Virus record (IMG/VR): IMGVR_UViG_3300027741_000083
Location: 1-54,513 of that record
Length of the DNA: 54,513 bases
Strand: one strand, 5' to 3'
DNA from: a virus
Lineage: Duplodnaviria > Caudoviricetes
Shown here: one piece after another, positions 37,309 through 47,481 of the stretch
Layout: every line of letters starts with the position of its first letter
Position numbering within the stretch: position 1 is the first letter of the stretch
Program-made: the position numbers and the translations under genes
The notes under the pieces: generated by a model
What the model saw: the letters and a program-made list of their open reading frames with translations, nothing else
The model's database searches: none
Told to the model about the DNA's origin: nothing

Positions 37309-37599
37309 ATAAAACTAGAAAAACTAAAAGGCGAAATAGGATATAGATTATTAATTAACGGTATAGATGTTAGACCAGAAATTTGCTACAACGAATATCA
37401 GTTTGCAGCAATTGGTAAAAACGCAAACGGTTTACGTTTTAATCAAGCTGAAGAATTAGAATTAGAAAAACAATCTAATGGTGATTATATCGTTACAAAC
37501 TTATCAAAATTTGACGACTTTATAGCAACTCCGCCTTCAAAAGGCCCTTTTTCAATCTGGGGTGCTAGTGAAACTGGGGAGGTTATAAATTATGTATAA
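37306..37599 (+). CDS. Hypothetical protein
   Basis: First ORF behind the duplicated promoter. Confidence 0.6.
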   Translation: MIKLEKLKGEIGYRLLINGIDVRPEICYNEYQFAAIGKNANGLRFNQAEELELEKQSNGDYIVTNLSKFDDFIATPPSKGPFSIWGASETGEVINYV

Positions 37600-37831
37600 G
37601 ATTAATAAAAAGTTTAAACCTACGTGGCTTTTTGCTCAAAAAATACCAGATGGGTTTGAATTATTAGGATTAATTACGCGCGATGGGTGGGATAGTGGAT
37701 TATTAATACAAGACCAGAGAACTAAAATATTTATGCAATTAAATCATACTTCTTTGCGTAGTCTTGATCAAAGTGTAGTAAAAAGTATTTTAGATTGTTG
37801 TGCTGGATTAACTAAACGTGATAGCGCTTAA
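37592..37831 (+). CDS. Hypothetical protein
   Basis: GGAGG RBS; overlaps the previous stop. Confidence 0.6.
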   Translation: MYKINKKFKPTWLFAQKIPDGFELLGLITRDGWDSGLLIQDQRTKIFMQLNHTSLRSLDQSVVKSILDCCAGLTKRDSA

Positions 37832-37861
37832 ATTTGAATTTACTTCAACGGAGAATATAAA

Positions 37862-38173
37862 ATGAAAATTGAACTACAAAAAAATAACGAAATAGCTGTA
37901 TCATTATTTTTAATTGAATTTGGTCATACACCAATTTTAATAGCAAAATCAAATAATTTTGATAAAGAAATAATGAAGCAAATAATCAAGCAATTTTACG
38001 TTAAAAATTTTAAAGGTGGCCTTTTTAAAATGTACTCAAATTTTGGCTTTAAAAATGAAAAATATTTAGCCAAGTTTTATTGCCTTACCGAAGAATTTAT
38101 TTCAAGCCCAAAATTAAACGAATTTGATTTTAAATATTATGAAAAAGAAAAAAGCATTTGCTGTATTGTTTAA
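37862..38173 (+). CDS. Hypothetical protein
   Basis: GGAG RBS. Confidence 0.6.
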   Translation: MKIELQKNNEIAVSLFLIEFGHTPILIAKSNNFDKEIMKQIIKQFYVKNFKGGLFKMYSNFGFKNEKYLAKFYCLTEEFISSPKLNEFDFKYYEKEKSICCIV

Positions 38174-38233
38174 ATATAAAATAAATAGCAGATAAATACA
38201 AACTGGCTAGACTAATTAAAACGGAGAGATAAA

Positions 38234-38500
38234 ATGAAAAGATTTAAAATAAGTAATATTTGCACAAAATACAATCTTGTTTTTTTTGAGGCTGAACAAG
38301 AAGCAAAAATATATTTTAATAAATACAATCTGGGGGCTTTTGGATTATCAATTGTTGAGCTGAATCCCAACGACTTTAACACATTTGTTGGTGATAATTG
38401 GTTAAAAAGTGAATCAGAATATGAAGGGAAATTAACCGCACTTTTAATGAAAGAATATTTAGGGGAATTACAAAAAATTATAGCTAAACATGAAGACTAG
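38234..38500 (+). CDS. Hypothetical protein
   Basis: GGAG RBS. Confidence 0.6.
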   Translation: MKRFKISNICTKYNLVFFEAEQEAKIYFNKYNLGAFGLSIVELNPNDFNTFVGDNWLKSESEYEGKLTALLMKEYLGELQKIIAKHED

Positions 38501-38669
38501 ATTAAAATTTTACAACTGAATATGAAACTTAAAAATTAACAAGGAGGTTACAAAATGAGTATTAAACTAAGTAAAGTTCAATATAAAAAACGTGGTCATA
38601 AAATCGAAGCTATTTATCCAGAATTTAGAATTTTTGGACTTAGCTTTTATAAAAAATAAGGAGGATAAA

Positions 38670-38936
38670 ATGAAAATAGAAAATTTAAATTTTAAATTTA
38701 GGACTTATAATAAAAAATTAACAATAGTAGCAGATATAAAACAAGGGGGTGAAAGTTGGATCTGTATAGAATTAAAAACAATAAATTCATATGAAATTAG
38801 ATTATCCGACGGATTTGGACAGCCTGCAAAAGGGGTTTCTGGAACGACTTTATCTTTAAAAGAATTAAAAATATGGATTGAAAAAAATTGTAAAATAAAA
38901 TCTGTAAAAAGAAAAATAATACCTGTTTTAATATAG
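38670..38936 (+). CDS. Hypothetical protein
   Basis: AAGGAGG RBS before the ATG at 38670. Confidence 0.6.
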   Translation: MKIENLNFKFRTYNKKLTIVADIKQGGESWICIELKTINSYEIRLSDGFGQPAKGVSGTTLSLKELKIWIEKNCKIKSVKRKIIPVLI

Positions 38937-38994
38937 TAATTTATAAATAAGTTATAAAATAAAAACATAAGTCATATCAACTAGGAGTACTAAA

Positions 38995-39282
38995 ATGAAC
39001 GGGCTAGACATAAAAAAAATAAGGGAATCTTTAGACGTAACACAAGCACAATTTGCTTATTATATTGGAAAAACAGTAACGACAATAACATTATATGAAG
39101 CAAATAAACTTAAACCAACTAAAAAATCTATAGAAAAGATAATGCAAGCAGCAAATATTATTAATGAACATAAAAAGCAATTTCTTAGATTTAAATCTGA
39201 TTTAAGAATGGTTGCTAAAAATAAAGGATACGACAAAGGAGCTAACCTTTTCATTATGGAATTACTAGACACAAAAATATAA
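38995..39282 (+). CDS. XRE-family HTH transcriptional regulator
   Basis: IKKIRESLDVTQAQFAYYIG....I..YE...KP. Confidence 0.88.
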   Translation: MNGLDIKKIRESLDVTQAQFAYYIGKTVTTITLYEANKLKPTKKSIEKIMQAANIINEHKKQFLRFKSDLRMVAKNKGYDKGANLFIMELLDTKI

Positions 39283-39525
39283 CAATATAATACGATAAAG
39301 TACTTTACTTTGTGTTATTTGTACTTTATAATATTTTTTTAATTATAAATGGAGGTTTAACAGTTATGGAAATACGTTCAAATATCAGTTTCACTGAGCA
39401 AGTAAATATCCTAGTTAATTCAATATCTGTATTTAAAGATTTAGAGTAAACAGAAATAGAAAACTTTTTAAATAAAATAAATGAAGAGTTTTTTGGTTGG
39501 AAATTAAAAAAACAAGGAGTAGATT

Positions 39526-39771
39526 ATGGAAAATAAAGAAAAAGAAGATTATAGAGTAACTAAGCTAAAATCAATTATCTCTGCGGGTGATTTTGATCTC
39601 GCCCTAAGCTACGCATCACAATTTAAAATTTTTACTAAAAAACTAAAATTTGCAGAAAAAGCAAATTCAGCAAATAAAAACCCTGCTTTTTATAAGCAGC
39701 TTGGCGTGGATATACAAGATCTAAACAAAGAAGCCGTTAACGAACTTAAAAAGGTGTTTGTTGAGCAATAG
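39526..39771 (+). CDS. Hypothetical protein
   Basis: AAGGAG RBS; NPAFYKQLG.D motif. Confidence 0.65.
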   Translation: MENKEKEDYRVTKLKSIISAGDFDLALSYASQFKIFTKKLKFAEKANSANKNPAFYKQLGVDIQDLNKEAVNELKKVFVEQ

Positions 39772-39926
39772 AATTTACAAAGACCTTTTAAAACTTAAAG
39801 AAAAATACAAGGACAGATTGTTGGAGCTTGACCGGCTTATAGAAATAGGCGATCCAAATTGCAATATAATTGATTGCCATATAGAATTCCAAAAATTTTT
39901 ACAAAGAACACAGGAGGATATGAAAA

Positions 39927-40358
39927 ATGAAACTAACGCTTGAGCAGATTTTAGAAGAGTTAAAAGGCTATAATTTTGTTTGCATTACCAATCCCGATTA
40001 CTTCATTCCCTTTAAAACGGTAGAGCTTTGTTTTCCTTTAAATAAGCCGATTTTAGATGAAAATAAAGAGGATTGGATCTATGAGAGGGGTACAAAATAC
40101 TTTCAGATCCCCGAATTTTTATTAGACTACTCCGGAGACTGGCGCAATTCGCTGAGGTCGAGGGGGGATATTAAGCCTTCTATTGTTTACGTAACAGAGA
40201 AAGACTATTTAGTTGGTCGTAATTTAGAATGCGGATATGACAGCTACGAATGCCCGAATTGTGAATGCGACGAGCTTAAAAAACCACATAGCGAATATGA
40301 CGGATTTGGAACAAAGTTCTGCCCTGATTGCGGCATAAAACTAAATTGGGTTGATTAA
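39927..40358 (+). CDS. Hypothetical protein with C-terminal Zn ribbon
   Basis: YECPNC..KFCPDCG; AGGAGG RBS. Confidence 0.65.
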   Translation: MKLTLEQILEELKGYNFVCITNPDYFIPFKTVELCFPLNKPILDENKEDWIYERGTKYFQIPEFLLDYSGDWRNSLRSRGDIKPSIVYVTEKDYLVGRNLECGYDSYECPNCECDELKKPHSEYDGFGTKFCPDCGIKLNWVD

Positions 40359-40643
40359 ATGTCAAGTAATATGTTTTCTTTAAATCAAGTTTCAAGCTTA
40401 GAATCACAATTCCCTTGTTGCGGTAGAGAATTAGAAATAGAAAGAGACCAAAGAATAGCAATAGATCATATTAGGCGTTGCTCGCATTGCAACAAAGAAT
40501 TTATATTCGAAGAGCTGCTTGACAAGGTTAAATCTGTAACAGAAAAAGAAAAGGCTGTAATTTTAATTCCTTATAATGAAGTTTACGAGCCCGCGCCATT
40601 TGAAGATCTATATAACGAACAGGATACCCGGCATTTTATTTGA
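40359..40643 (+). CDS. Hypothetical Zn-ribbon protein
   Basis: PCCG..CSHC. Confidence 0.55.
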   Translation: MSSNMFSLNQVSSLESQFPCCGRELEIERDQRIAIDHIRRCSHCNKEFIFEELLDKVKSVTEKEKAVILIPYNEVYEPAPFEDLYNEQDTRHFI

Positions 40644-40700
40644 AACAAAAACAGGAGAAAATGTAAAAACTTAAAGATTTCATTTATAAATAACGGTATT

Positions 40701-41492
40701 TTATTTAACAACAAAAGCCTTAAGCGGGTAGAATACCAAAGAATTTCTATATCCCCCCTCTTTCGTTGCATGAATAGGCGTCACTCCATGAATATTTTTC
40801 CATGCGGGATAAACTAGAATTGAATTGTTAGCGGAATCCATTGTGGCATTATAATCAGGAACATGAAGGTTTCCACCTGTTGCATTCATCTTTTTAGTTA
40901 TAATTACATTTACAGCCCCAACAATATTACCAGCGTCTCTGTGAAAAGGTGCTGAAATATTATAATTAGAAATTGAACTAGTAAACAAACGTCCAAACCT
41001 CCACTCTTTCGGAACTTTTTCAAATAGTTTCATTTGTTTTTCAAATTGTTCTGGAAATATTTCTTTGATTAATTCTTCACTTTCTTTTGCAAGCAACAGC
41101 ATAGCTTGCACAAACGTTTTGGCCGATGGAATCTGATGTATACTGGATCGTGTTAAATAATTCCTTCTAAGATGAGCTTTAGGTGGTATACTGCCTAAAA
41201 TCGCCGAATACTGAGCTACCTGATTTTTATATCTCCATTGTTGTTTCTCGTCATCCCAGCCATCGTTATGTTTTCGAAGCATTTTTGTTTTTGGTACATT
41301 CTTGCTTCTTAATTCTTTATTTGCTAAATCTGCCAAGTCAATCATTTTTTTTGGCATCTTTTTTATATAAAAACCGACCAAAACGCCGTCTTCATAAAAC
41401 ATACAATCTTCTGTTATGTTTGGCTCAATATCAGGGCATTGCTGCCCCATTTTTACATTGTTTCCAACTTTTATTAAATCTATTTTTTTCAA
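40701..41492 (-). CDS. 2OG-Fe(II) dioxygenase, TET/JBP-like
   Basis: FTSSISNYN..FHRDAGN (HxD), GGNL, HGVTPI (distal His), RNSLVFY (2OG-binding Arg). Confidence 0.85.
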   Translation of the reverse strand: MKKIDLIKVGNNVKMGQQCPDIEPNITEDCMFYEDGVLVGFYIKKMPKKMIDLADLANKELRSKNVPKTKMLRKHNDGWDDEKQQWRYKNQVAQYSAILGSIPPKAHLRRNYLTRSSIHQIPSAKTFVQAMLLLAKESEELIKEIFPEQFEKQMKLFEKVPKEWRFGRLFTSSISNYNISAPFHRDAGNIVGAVNVIITKKMNATGGNLHVPDYNATMDSANNSILVYPAWKNIHGVTPIHATKEGGYRNSLVFYPLKAFVVK

Positions 41493-41504
41493 AGAACTAC
41501 CTTT

Positions 41505-42410
41505 TTAATTTATTAATATTTCCTTCCACATTTTGTTTTCATATTTTGTTGGTAAAAGATTGCTTTTTAATGGTTGTTTTCTTAGCGATAAAACAAGCTG
41601 TTCTTCATTTTCCACAGCATAACAATTAACCCCTTTCTTATATACACTTCCTTCAACATTACACCAATTTTCATGCAAAATTAAAGTACAATCGTGGTAC
41701 TCGGCCTCTAAAAATGTATATTGAGTCCCGCCTCCATCTTTTTTTATTGTTGACAAATCAATAAGAAATTTTGTTTGCGCATATAAAAGACTAATTTCTT
41801 CTAAATTTTTAGAGTAATATCCTTTGTAATACTGATCAAAACCTAATTGCTTCAATTTATGAAAATAGTAAATATGATTCTTATAACCATAAATTTCTAT
41901 ATCAGCCCCAATGTTATTAGCTTTGCAAATTATATCAATATTCTTGTCAAAATCTACCCTGGAAAGTGATCTATTAAAAGACTTTATGGCTTCTTGTTTC
42001 CTGTATTTAAAAAATGGATGTTTTAAAAATTTATTTTTTATGCCAATTTTATTTAACAATAAATGAACAGTCTCCCTTATTGTTATAACATTATTTTTTT
42101 TACAAAAATTTATTATTTCAGGCGAGAGTTCTGTTGGGTCATGTATTATGATTGTTGCGGAATTAAAAAAATCAAGATATTTTGTATTGGCTTTATCTAC
42201 AGCAAGAATTATCGGATTTTTAAATTTATCAATTATTGATGACTTGATGTTTTGATATTTTAAATCTCCATAAAATAAACCGCCACCGCCAAAAGTCTCT
42301 TTAACTTTTAGAATATGATTTGCACCAAGTATCTTTGCAAGATGATAAGAAAAAGAAACCCAGCCGCCATATTGGCTATTGCTTAAATAAATAAGGTTAT
42401 TATTGAACAT
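41505..42410 (-). CDS. Glycosyltransferase (GT-B-like), putative DNA-modifying
   Basis: YGGW, IHDPTE, SRVDFDKN, GGGTQYTFLEA motifs; translationally linked to ParB-N and next to TET/JBP. Confidence 0.78.
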   Translation of the reverse strand: MFNNNLIYLSNSQYGGWVSFSYHLAKILGANHILKVKETFGGGGLFYGDLKYQNIKSSIIDKFKNPIILAVDKANTKYLDFFNSATIIIHDPTELSPEIINFCKKNNVITIRETVHLLLNKIGIKNKFLKHPFFKYRKQEAIKSFNRSLSRVDFDKNIDIICKANNIGADIEIYGYKNHIYYFHKLKQLGFDQYYKGYYSKNLEEISLLYAQTKFLIDLSTIKKDGGGTQYTFLEAEYHDCTLILHENWCNVEGSVYKKGVNCYAVENEEQLVLSLRKQPLKSNLLPTKYENKMWKEILIN

Positions 42411-43032
42411 CTAACTTTTCTTTTTCTGACCTTAAATAATCTAAAAACATATATCCGATATAAGCATCTTTGCTTTTCCAAAATTGAACAAGATCATAAG
42501 CTTCTTTGTAATGCTCTAATTCAAAATCAATGACTATCGCCTTTCTTACTCCTTCTGACATTTCATTAGTTTTTTTGTTTAATTCATCTGCATTATCATC
42601 TAATATAGAATAATCAACCTCTTTGTTTTCTTGAAACAAACTATCAATTTCAAACTCACGAAAACCAGTGAAATCTAAGTCATATTCTAATTCTCTTAAA
42701 AGCTCTAACTCTTTTATCAATAAAGAATCGTCCCATCTTGAATATTGAGAAACTTTATTGTCTGCTATTCTAAACGCTTTAATTTGAGTTTCTGTTAAAT
42801 CATCTACAATAAGGCAAGGCACTGCTTCATATGAAAGTTTTAAGGCGGCTAAAAAGCGAGTATGCCCGTTTATTATGTTGTAATTTTCATCAATAATAAT
42901 TGGGGATCTAAAGCCAAATTCTTCTATGCTTTTTGCGACAGGATCTATCGCTGCAATATTATTGCGGGGATTGTTTTCATACGGCTTTAATTCTGTTGGG
43001 TTAATTAATATAATTTCCGGTATTTTTTTCAT
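42400..43032 (-). CDS. ParB/Srx N-terminal domain protein
   Basis: LKPYENNPR, SIEEFGF..PIIID, GHTR..AA, FRIADNK. Confidence 0.9.
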   Translation of the reverse strand: MKKIPEIILINPTELKPYENNPRNNIAAIDPVAKSIEEFGFRSPIIIDENYNIINGHTRFLAALKLSYEAVPCLIVDDLTETQIKAFRIADNKVSQYSRWDDSLLIKELELLRELEYDLDFTGFREFEIDSLFQENKEVDYSILDDNADELNKKTNEMSEGVRKAIVIDFELEHYKEAYDLVQFWKSKDAYIGYMFLDYLRSEKEKLDVQ

Positions 43033-43544
43033 TTTTATTTTTGTATGTTTTTTTTAGTTGAAATTAAAAATCTTTTACTATCAAAAGATCCAAACCTTCT
43101 TTCTAAGTGTTTAATACACCCTTCTTGTGTTTTTAAGCAAACAATATTTCTATTAACATCGCTTCTTAAAAAAGTTTTATTTTTTGAATCGTAAATCACA
43201 TTCATTAAATAACCTATTTTTTTAAATTTCTTTTGTTGGTTGGTATGTGCTTTCAGATAAATGAATAATTTTATAAAGAATATCTTCTATTGTTTTACCT
43301 GTTAAAAAAGTAGCTACCTCCTCTCTTTTATAAATACCAGAATAAATATTTTTTTCTTTATTAAAATTAATTTTTATAGATTTTTCAGACATTTTAATAA
43401 TTTAAATTATTTTTATATATGTTAATTTTATAGTTTATGGATATTAACACGTTTTAATTTAATTAACAATCCTTTTAAAAAATACAGAATGTTCTTTTTT
43501 TTTTATCAATCAAAAATTACAGTTAAAAATATTATTAATTGTTT

Positions 43545-44681
43545 TTAACAACAAAATCTTTGTTTAACGTATTGATATAAATCATTTGATTTTTTGTAAA
43601 TAGATTCGGATAAAGCATAACCTGATAAAATAGAAGCTGGAGTAGTACCCACCACTGTTAATATTCCAAAAATTATATTTGCGATATTAGACTCTGATTG
43701 ATTAAATAAAACTGCTGAATTTTTTGATGCGCTTGATCCAAGCCCATAACTTGACATTGATTGTACAAACAAAAAAATTGCACCAAAAATAATTCTTAAA
43801 ATATTTTGAAATTTTTCTGCTCCAAAATTTAAAATTATTTCACTCATTTTTTGAGCAAACATTTTAAAACAGTTATAATATAAATCTGAAAAACCATAAC
43901 AAGCAGCTCCGCTAAGAACATAAGCTGTTATTTTTGTAAAAAGATTATCGTTAATTTTTTCAGAAACGACAGATGAGATAGAGGGGGTAAACGCAGCAAT
44001 AACAACTAAACTTGATATGTAGCACAAAACGCTCATTAATTTTATAAAAAATCTTACTGCATTGTTTTGTTGCTCAAGAAACGCTTCATAATTAATAGAT
44101 ACTTGATTTCTAGCATCGCAAAAACCTGATAATGCTAAAAAACCTGATAATCCAGACATTATTGCTAATATTACATTTAACACGTCACTTGTTTGCCCTT
44201 TATTTAAACCTAACGAATCAAATATTAAATCGGCTGATTTAGCAGATAAAAAACCTAACGCAACACTTCCAATTGGGTTTAAAATTGATAATATTTTTTG
44301 TGTTTTATCTTTTTGTATTTCTACAGCAGCCCTTCCTCTGTTAGGAGCTTCCGGTAAAGAATTTAAAGAGATTATAGATACACTTGCCATACCTACCAAT
44401 CCAAAACATAAACTCATTGGATCTGAAAAACCAAAAGATTTTGCGCTTGCATTTGCGCCAATAAATCCAGCCGAGCCTCCCAACAAAGAGGCAATTATTT
44501 TTGAAATATATAAACAGAAATTTATTTTATGTTTCCCTTCGTCAGATTCAAAATAAGAAACGACGGGAAGGCAACAAGCCATTGAAGAATTTAAATTTTG
44601 ATTTGATGCACCTACGGGAAAATAAAATGGCATGGGAATATTAAAACCCATTTCAATGTTACTTACATTTTGCCTATACAT
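43545..44681 (-). CDS. Multi-pass membrane protein, moron/effector-like
   Basis: About 8 hydrophobic segments; GAGG RBS; ends in CC. Confidence 0.7.
   Translation of the reverse strand: MYRQNVSNIEMGFNIPMPFYFPVGASNQNLNSSMACCLPVVSYFESDEGKHKINFCLYISKIIASLLGGSAGFIGANASAKSFGFSDPMSLCFGLVGMASVSIISLNSLPEAPNRGRAAVEIQKDKTQKILSILNPIGSVALGFLSAKSADLIFDSLGLNKGQTSDVLNVILAIMSGLSGFLALSGFCDARNQVSINYEAFLEQQNNAVRFFIKLMSVLCYISSLVVIAAFTPSISSVVSEKINDNLFTKITAYVLSGAACYGFSDLYYNCFKMFAQKMSEIILNFGAEKFQNILRIIFGAIFLFVQSMSSYGLGSSASKNSAVLFNQSESNIANIIFGILTVVGTTPASILSGYALSESIYKKSNDLYQYVKQRFCC
44343..44418. repeat. 76-bp imperfect direct repeat, second copy at 45601-45676
   Basis: 7 mismatches; both copies encode FGLVGMAxVSIISLNSLPE. 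Confidence 0.85.
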
Positions 44682-44965
44682 AATAATATCCTCTTAAGTT
44701 TTTTATTTTCATATTTTTTCAAAACCCTTTTTACCGTTTAATCTTAGTATTGTTTTATTTCGCATCAAAAAAACTTTTATCGAGTTAGATTCAATACATT
44801 TTTTTCATTAATGAGCTTATATAAAAATCACTCATACCTGTCTCTTTTCTTAATTGACTTTATCCTTTTAACAAAACAGACGCCCCAAATAATACCAATT
44901 GCCCATGCTGAAATATGCAAACAAATTAAAGATAAACTTATATACACCTCTTTATTTAATAACTT

Positions 44966-45394
44966 TTATCGGATATTTGATCTACTTTTTAATTCTGCTA
45001 ATTCTTTAAGTGCATACCCTCGACAATCTGCACAAATCTTAACCCTTGGAGGAAAGCATCTGAGAGATTGCCTTTCCACAGGTTTTTTACACCAGTCACA
45101 AGGTATAAGGTCTTTATAATCACTACACTCAACCTCCTTTTCGTGACAATTGCACTTACATTTTTTAAAATTAGTTTCTTCGCACTCAGAACAATAAAGA
45201 AATGCTCCGTACGAATTATAATGAATCCAAGCGTTGCAGCCTTTTATACAATTCGCACAATCACTTATAGTCATCACTTTTAAAGGGTGTGTTTTTTTAT
45301 GCTTGATCAATTTATTATGGACTGGCTTAGGATTAAAAGGTTTTAGGGGTTCAGAATTATCAAAATCTTCTTTACTTAAGTTTTTTAGTTTCAT
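44966..45394 (-). CDS. Cys-rich Zn-finger protein
   Basis: Several CxxC pairs; C-terminal DksA/TraR-like C4 spacing. Confidence 0.6.
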   Translation of the reverse strand: MKLKNLSKEDFDNSEPLKPFNPKPVHNKLIKHKKTHPLKVMTISDCANCIKGCNAWIHYNSYGAFLYCSECEETNFKKCKCNCHEKEVECSDYKDLIPCDWCKKPVERQSLRCFPPRVKICADCRGYALKELAELKSRSNIR

Positions 45395-45714
45395 AATCTA
45401 TCTCCTAATTCAATAATCTTTTGAGTTGATATTAATTTAACCCTATTAAATCCGTCTGAATATGCTGGATGAGAAAGGTGATTATAACTATTAGTATTGC
45501 AGATAATACAGCTGCCACAATTATTGTGCATTTTAACAGACTCGTGGCCATGTATACTGCAAGTTAATACATATTCAAGCTCAGCATCCAATCCGATTAC
45601 AGGAGTTTCTGGTAAAGAATTTAAAGAGATTATAGATACATTTGCCATACCTACTAATCCAAAAGAGAAGCTCATTATTGGCGGGAAACTTAAGGGTATT
45701 CTCCTTATATGCAT
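45391..45714 (-). CDS. Hypothetical chimeric protein
   Basis: N-terminus duplicates part of 43545-44681; Cys/His-rich C-half. Confidence 0.5.
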   Translation of the reverse strand: MHIRRIPLSFPPIMSFSFGLVGMANVSIISLNSLPETPVIGLDAELEYVLTCSIHGHESVKMHNNCGSCIICNTNSYNHLSHPAYSDGFNRVKLISTQKIIELGDRL

Positions 45715-46530
45715 TCAAACTTCCGGCTATTAGCTATTTAGCCAGTCAACCCGAACTGTACGTGTGTTTTTTATTAACTCATGAAAATCATAGCTTAAGT
45801 AATTTTCACTTTCATAAAAGGAAGCAAGTTTCCCGAACTCTTATTATACGCTTTTTATTGTTCCCTTTCAAAAAATACTAATTAATAAATTCTTTCTTAT
45901 GTTTTCCACAAACTAAACATATATCTTTTATAAGCGATAAATGCTTACAATCAGAAGGACCTGGCAATAATTTTTTAAAAGCCCAGAAAGAAAATAAATC
46001 TTTTTCAAATGAAGACAAATTTTTATTTTCCTCTAATATTTTTTGCAAACATTCTTCGGGAATAAATCCCTTCATATTTTTAAACTTTTTTTTTAAATCA
46101 CTCATGCTCACCTTTTATTTAACTAAATCCGTCATGAAACCTAATACCCGTTCCGTCGTTGTTATCTCCGAAGAACATAGGATATCTCGGTTTTTTAGCA
46201 TTAACTTCCTTATCTATTTTCTTGATAGCTGCGAGAGGATCTTTATGTCCTTTATTCCGTAGCATTTGATATACTTTTGATTCAACGCTCATAATTTTTG
46301 CCTCTTTTAGTAATTTTAAAAATCTGGATATTCGCTCCACGATACTATTTCAAATTGAGTATAATTTTCTCCTTCATGTGACCTGTCTAAATCGGGCAAA
46401 CCTTCTATAAAAAATTTTGAAATAATACCCTCATCGTAATGCGCAGTTTGGTTTTTTATCTTTTAGTTTAAACCACTTGCTCATATTAAATCATTCATAA
46501 TTATAAAATCCGTTTCAATTATTAAGCATA

Positions 46531-47190
46531 TTAATCTTGTATCTCAATCAAATTTCTTATGTTTATTAAAATTTGATCTTGTATTATTTGTTTTTTTTCA
46601 GCATAAGAAGCAGCAGCACAAGCAACAAAAGAAGCAGTATCAAAATCATCATCAGAAGCGACAGAAGCAGCGCCAGAAGCGGCAGAAGCGGCAAAAGCGG
46701 CAGAATAAGTAGCATTAACACCAGAAACACAAGCATTAGAAGCAGCATAAGCAGCAGAAGCGGCAGAATAAGTAGCATTAGCGGCAGAAACACAAGCAGT
46801 GGTGCGCATTGCGCCACTTTTCCGTTCAGAAGAAGCATCAGCAGCAGCACAAGCAGCATAAGCAACAGATTTCAAAAATTTTTTTGTTATAGATGTATCA
46901 CCATTACACCATTTTTCAACTGTTTCAATAGCTTCAAAAGCACTGACTTCTTCTTTTTTTACAAATTTCATAACCAATTTTGCATTTTGACAAGCTGAAT
47001 TAACAATAGCTTTATGATCTACTCCCATTTTATTAGCTAACCAATATAGCCAATGGTATATTTCACATGTATTCCAAGTTTGTTTTAAATCAAAGTTTTT
47101 TTCTTCGACCCAGTTAACAGCCTCATCGCATGCTTCAAGTTCATTTAATTTTAATAGAAATTCTTCATGGCTTAAGTTTTTTAGTTTCAT
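46531..47190 (-). CDS. Ala-rich repeat phage protein (Imm5-like region)
   Basis: LEACDEAVNWV..W..CE..WL.W motif; internal 63-bp tandem duplication (ACVS..NATYSAA). Confidence 0.65.
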   Translation of the reverse strand: MKLKNLSHEEFLLKLNELEACDEAVNWVEEKNFDLKQTWNTCEIYHWLYWLANKMGVDHKAIVNSACQNAKLVMKFVKKEEVSAFEAIETVEKWCNGDTSITKKFLKSVAYAACAAADASSERKSGAMRTTACVSAANATYSAASAAYAASNACVSGVNATYSAAFAASAASGAASVASDDDFDTASFVACAAASYAEKKQIIQDQILINIRNLIEIQD

Positions 47191-47268
47191 AATTTATCTC
47201 TATTCAAATTCTTTTTAATAACCTTATGCTCAGAATAAGTTACTTTAATTTTTCCAATTATAATAACT

Positions 47269-47457
47269 TTAAAACGGACAAGTGTCAGTGTCAGTTTTAT
47301 TTTTATTTTTAGTATTTCTAGACCTTAACATTACTTCAGCCATTTCATATGCCTGTATAGCACGTCTTTCTATATGCGATTCTGTATCAATATCGTCATC
47401 TTTTAAAATAGTCGTAAAGATTTTAATTGCAAAATAATCTTTTAGGTCAAATCCCAT
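47269..47457 (-). CDS. Small phage protein
   Basis: LKDYFA....AYEMAEVML..R motif common in phage early regions. Confidence 0.65.
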   Translation of the reverse strand: MGFDLKDYFAIKIFTTILKDDDIDTESHIERRAIQAYEMAEVMLRSRNTKNKNKTDTDTCPF

Positions 47458-47481
47458 ACTTTTTCCCTCTTTATATTAAAA

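Noticed and set aside
42400-43032. Plasmid partition system
   Set aside because: Only the ParB N-terminal domain is present, with no HTH or ParA, and it is coupled to DNA-modification genes.
44343-45676. Diversity-generating retroelement TR/VR pair (first four mismatches are A-to-G on the minus strand)
   Set aside because: No reverse transcriptase in the genome, the remaining mismatches do not fit adenine-specific mutagenesis from one template, and the target is mid-gene in a hydrophobic helix.
46573-46998. Overlapping Ser/Arg-rich (+) and Leu-rich (-) ORFs
   Set aside because: Shadow frames of the low-complexity GCT/GCA-rich Ala repeat in 46531-47190; no motifs or RBS, unlike the antisense ORF in the intein.
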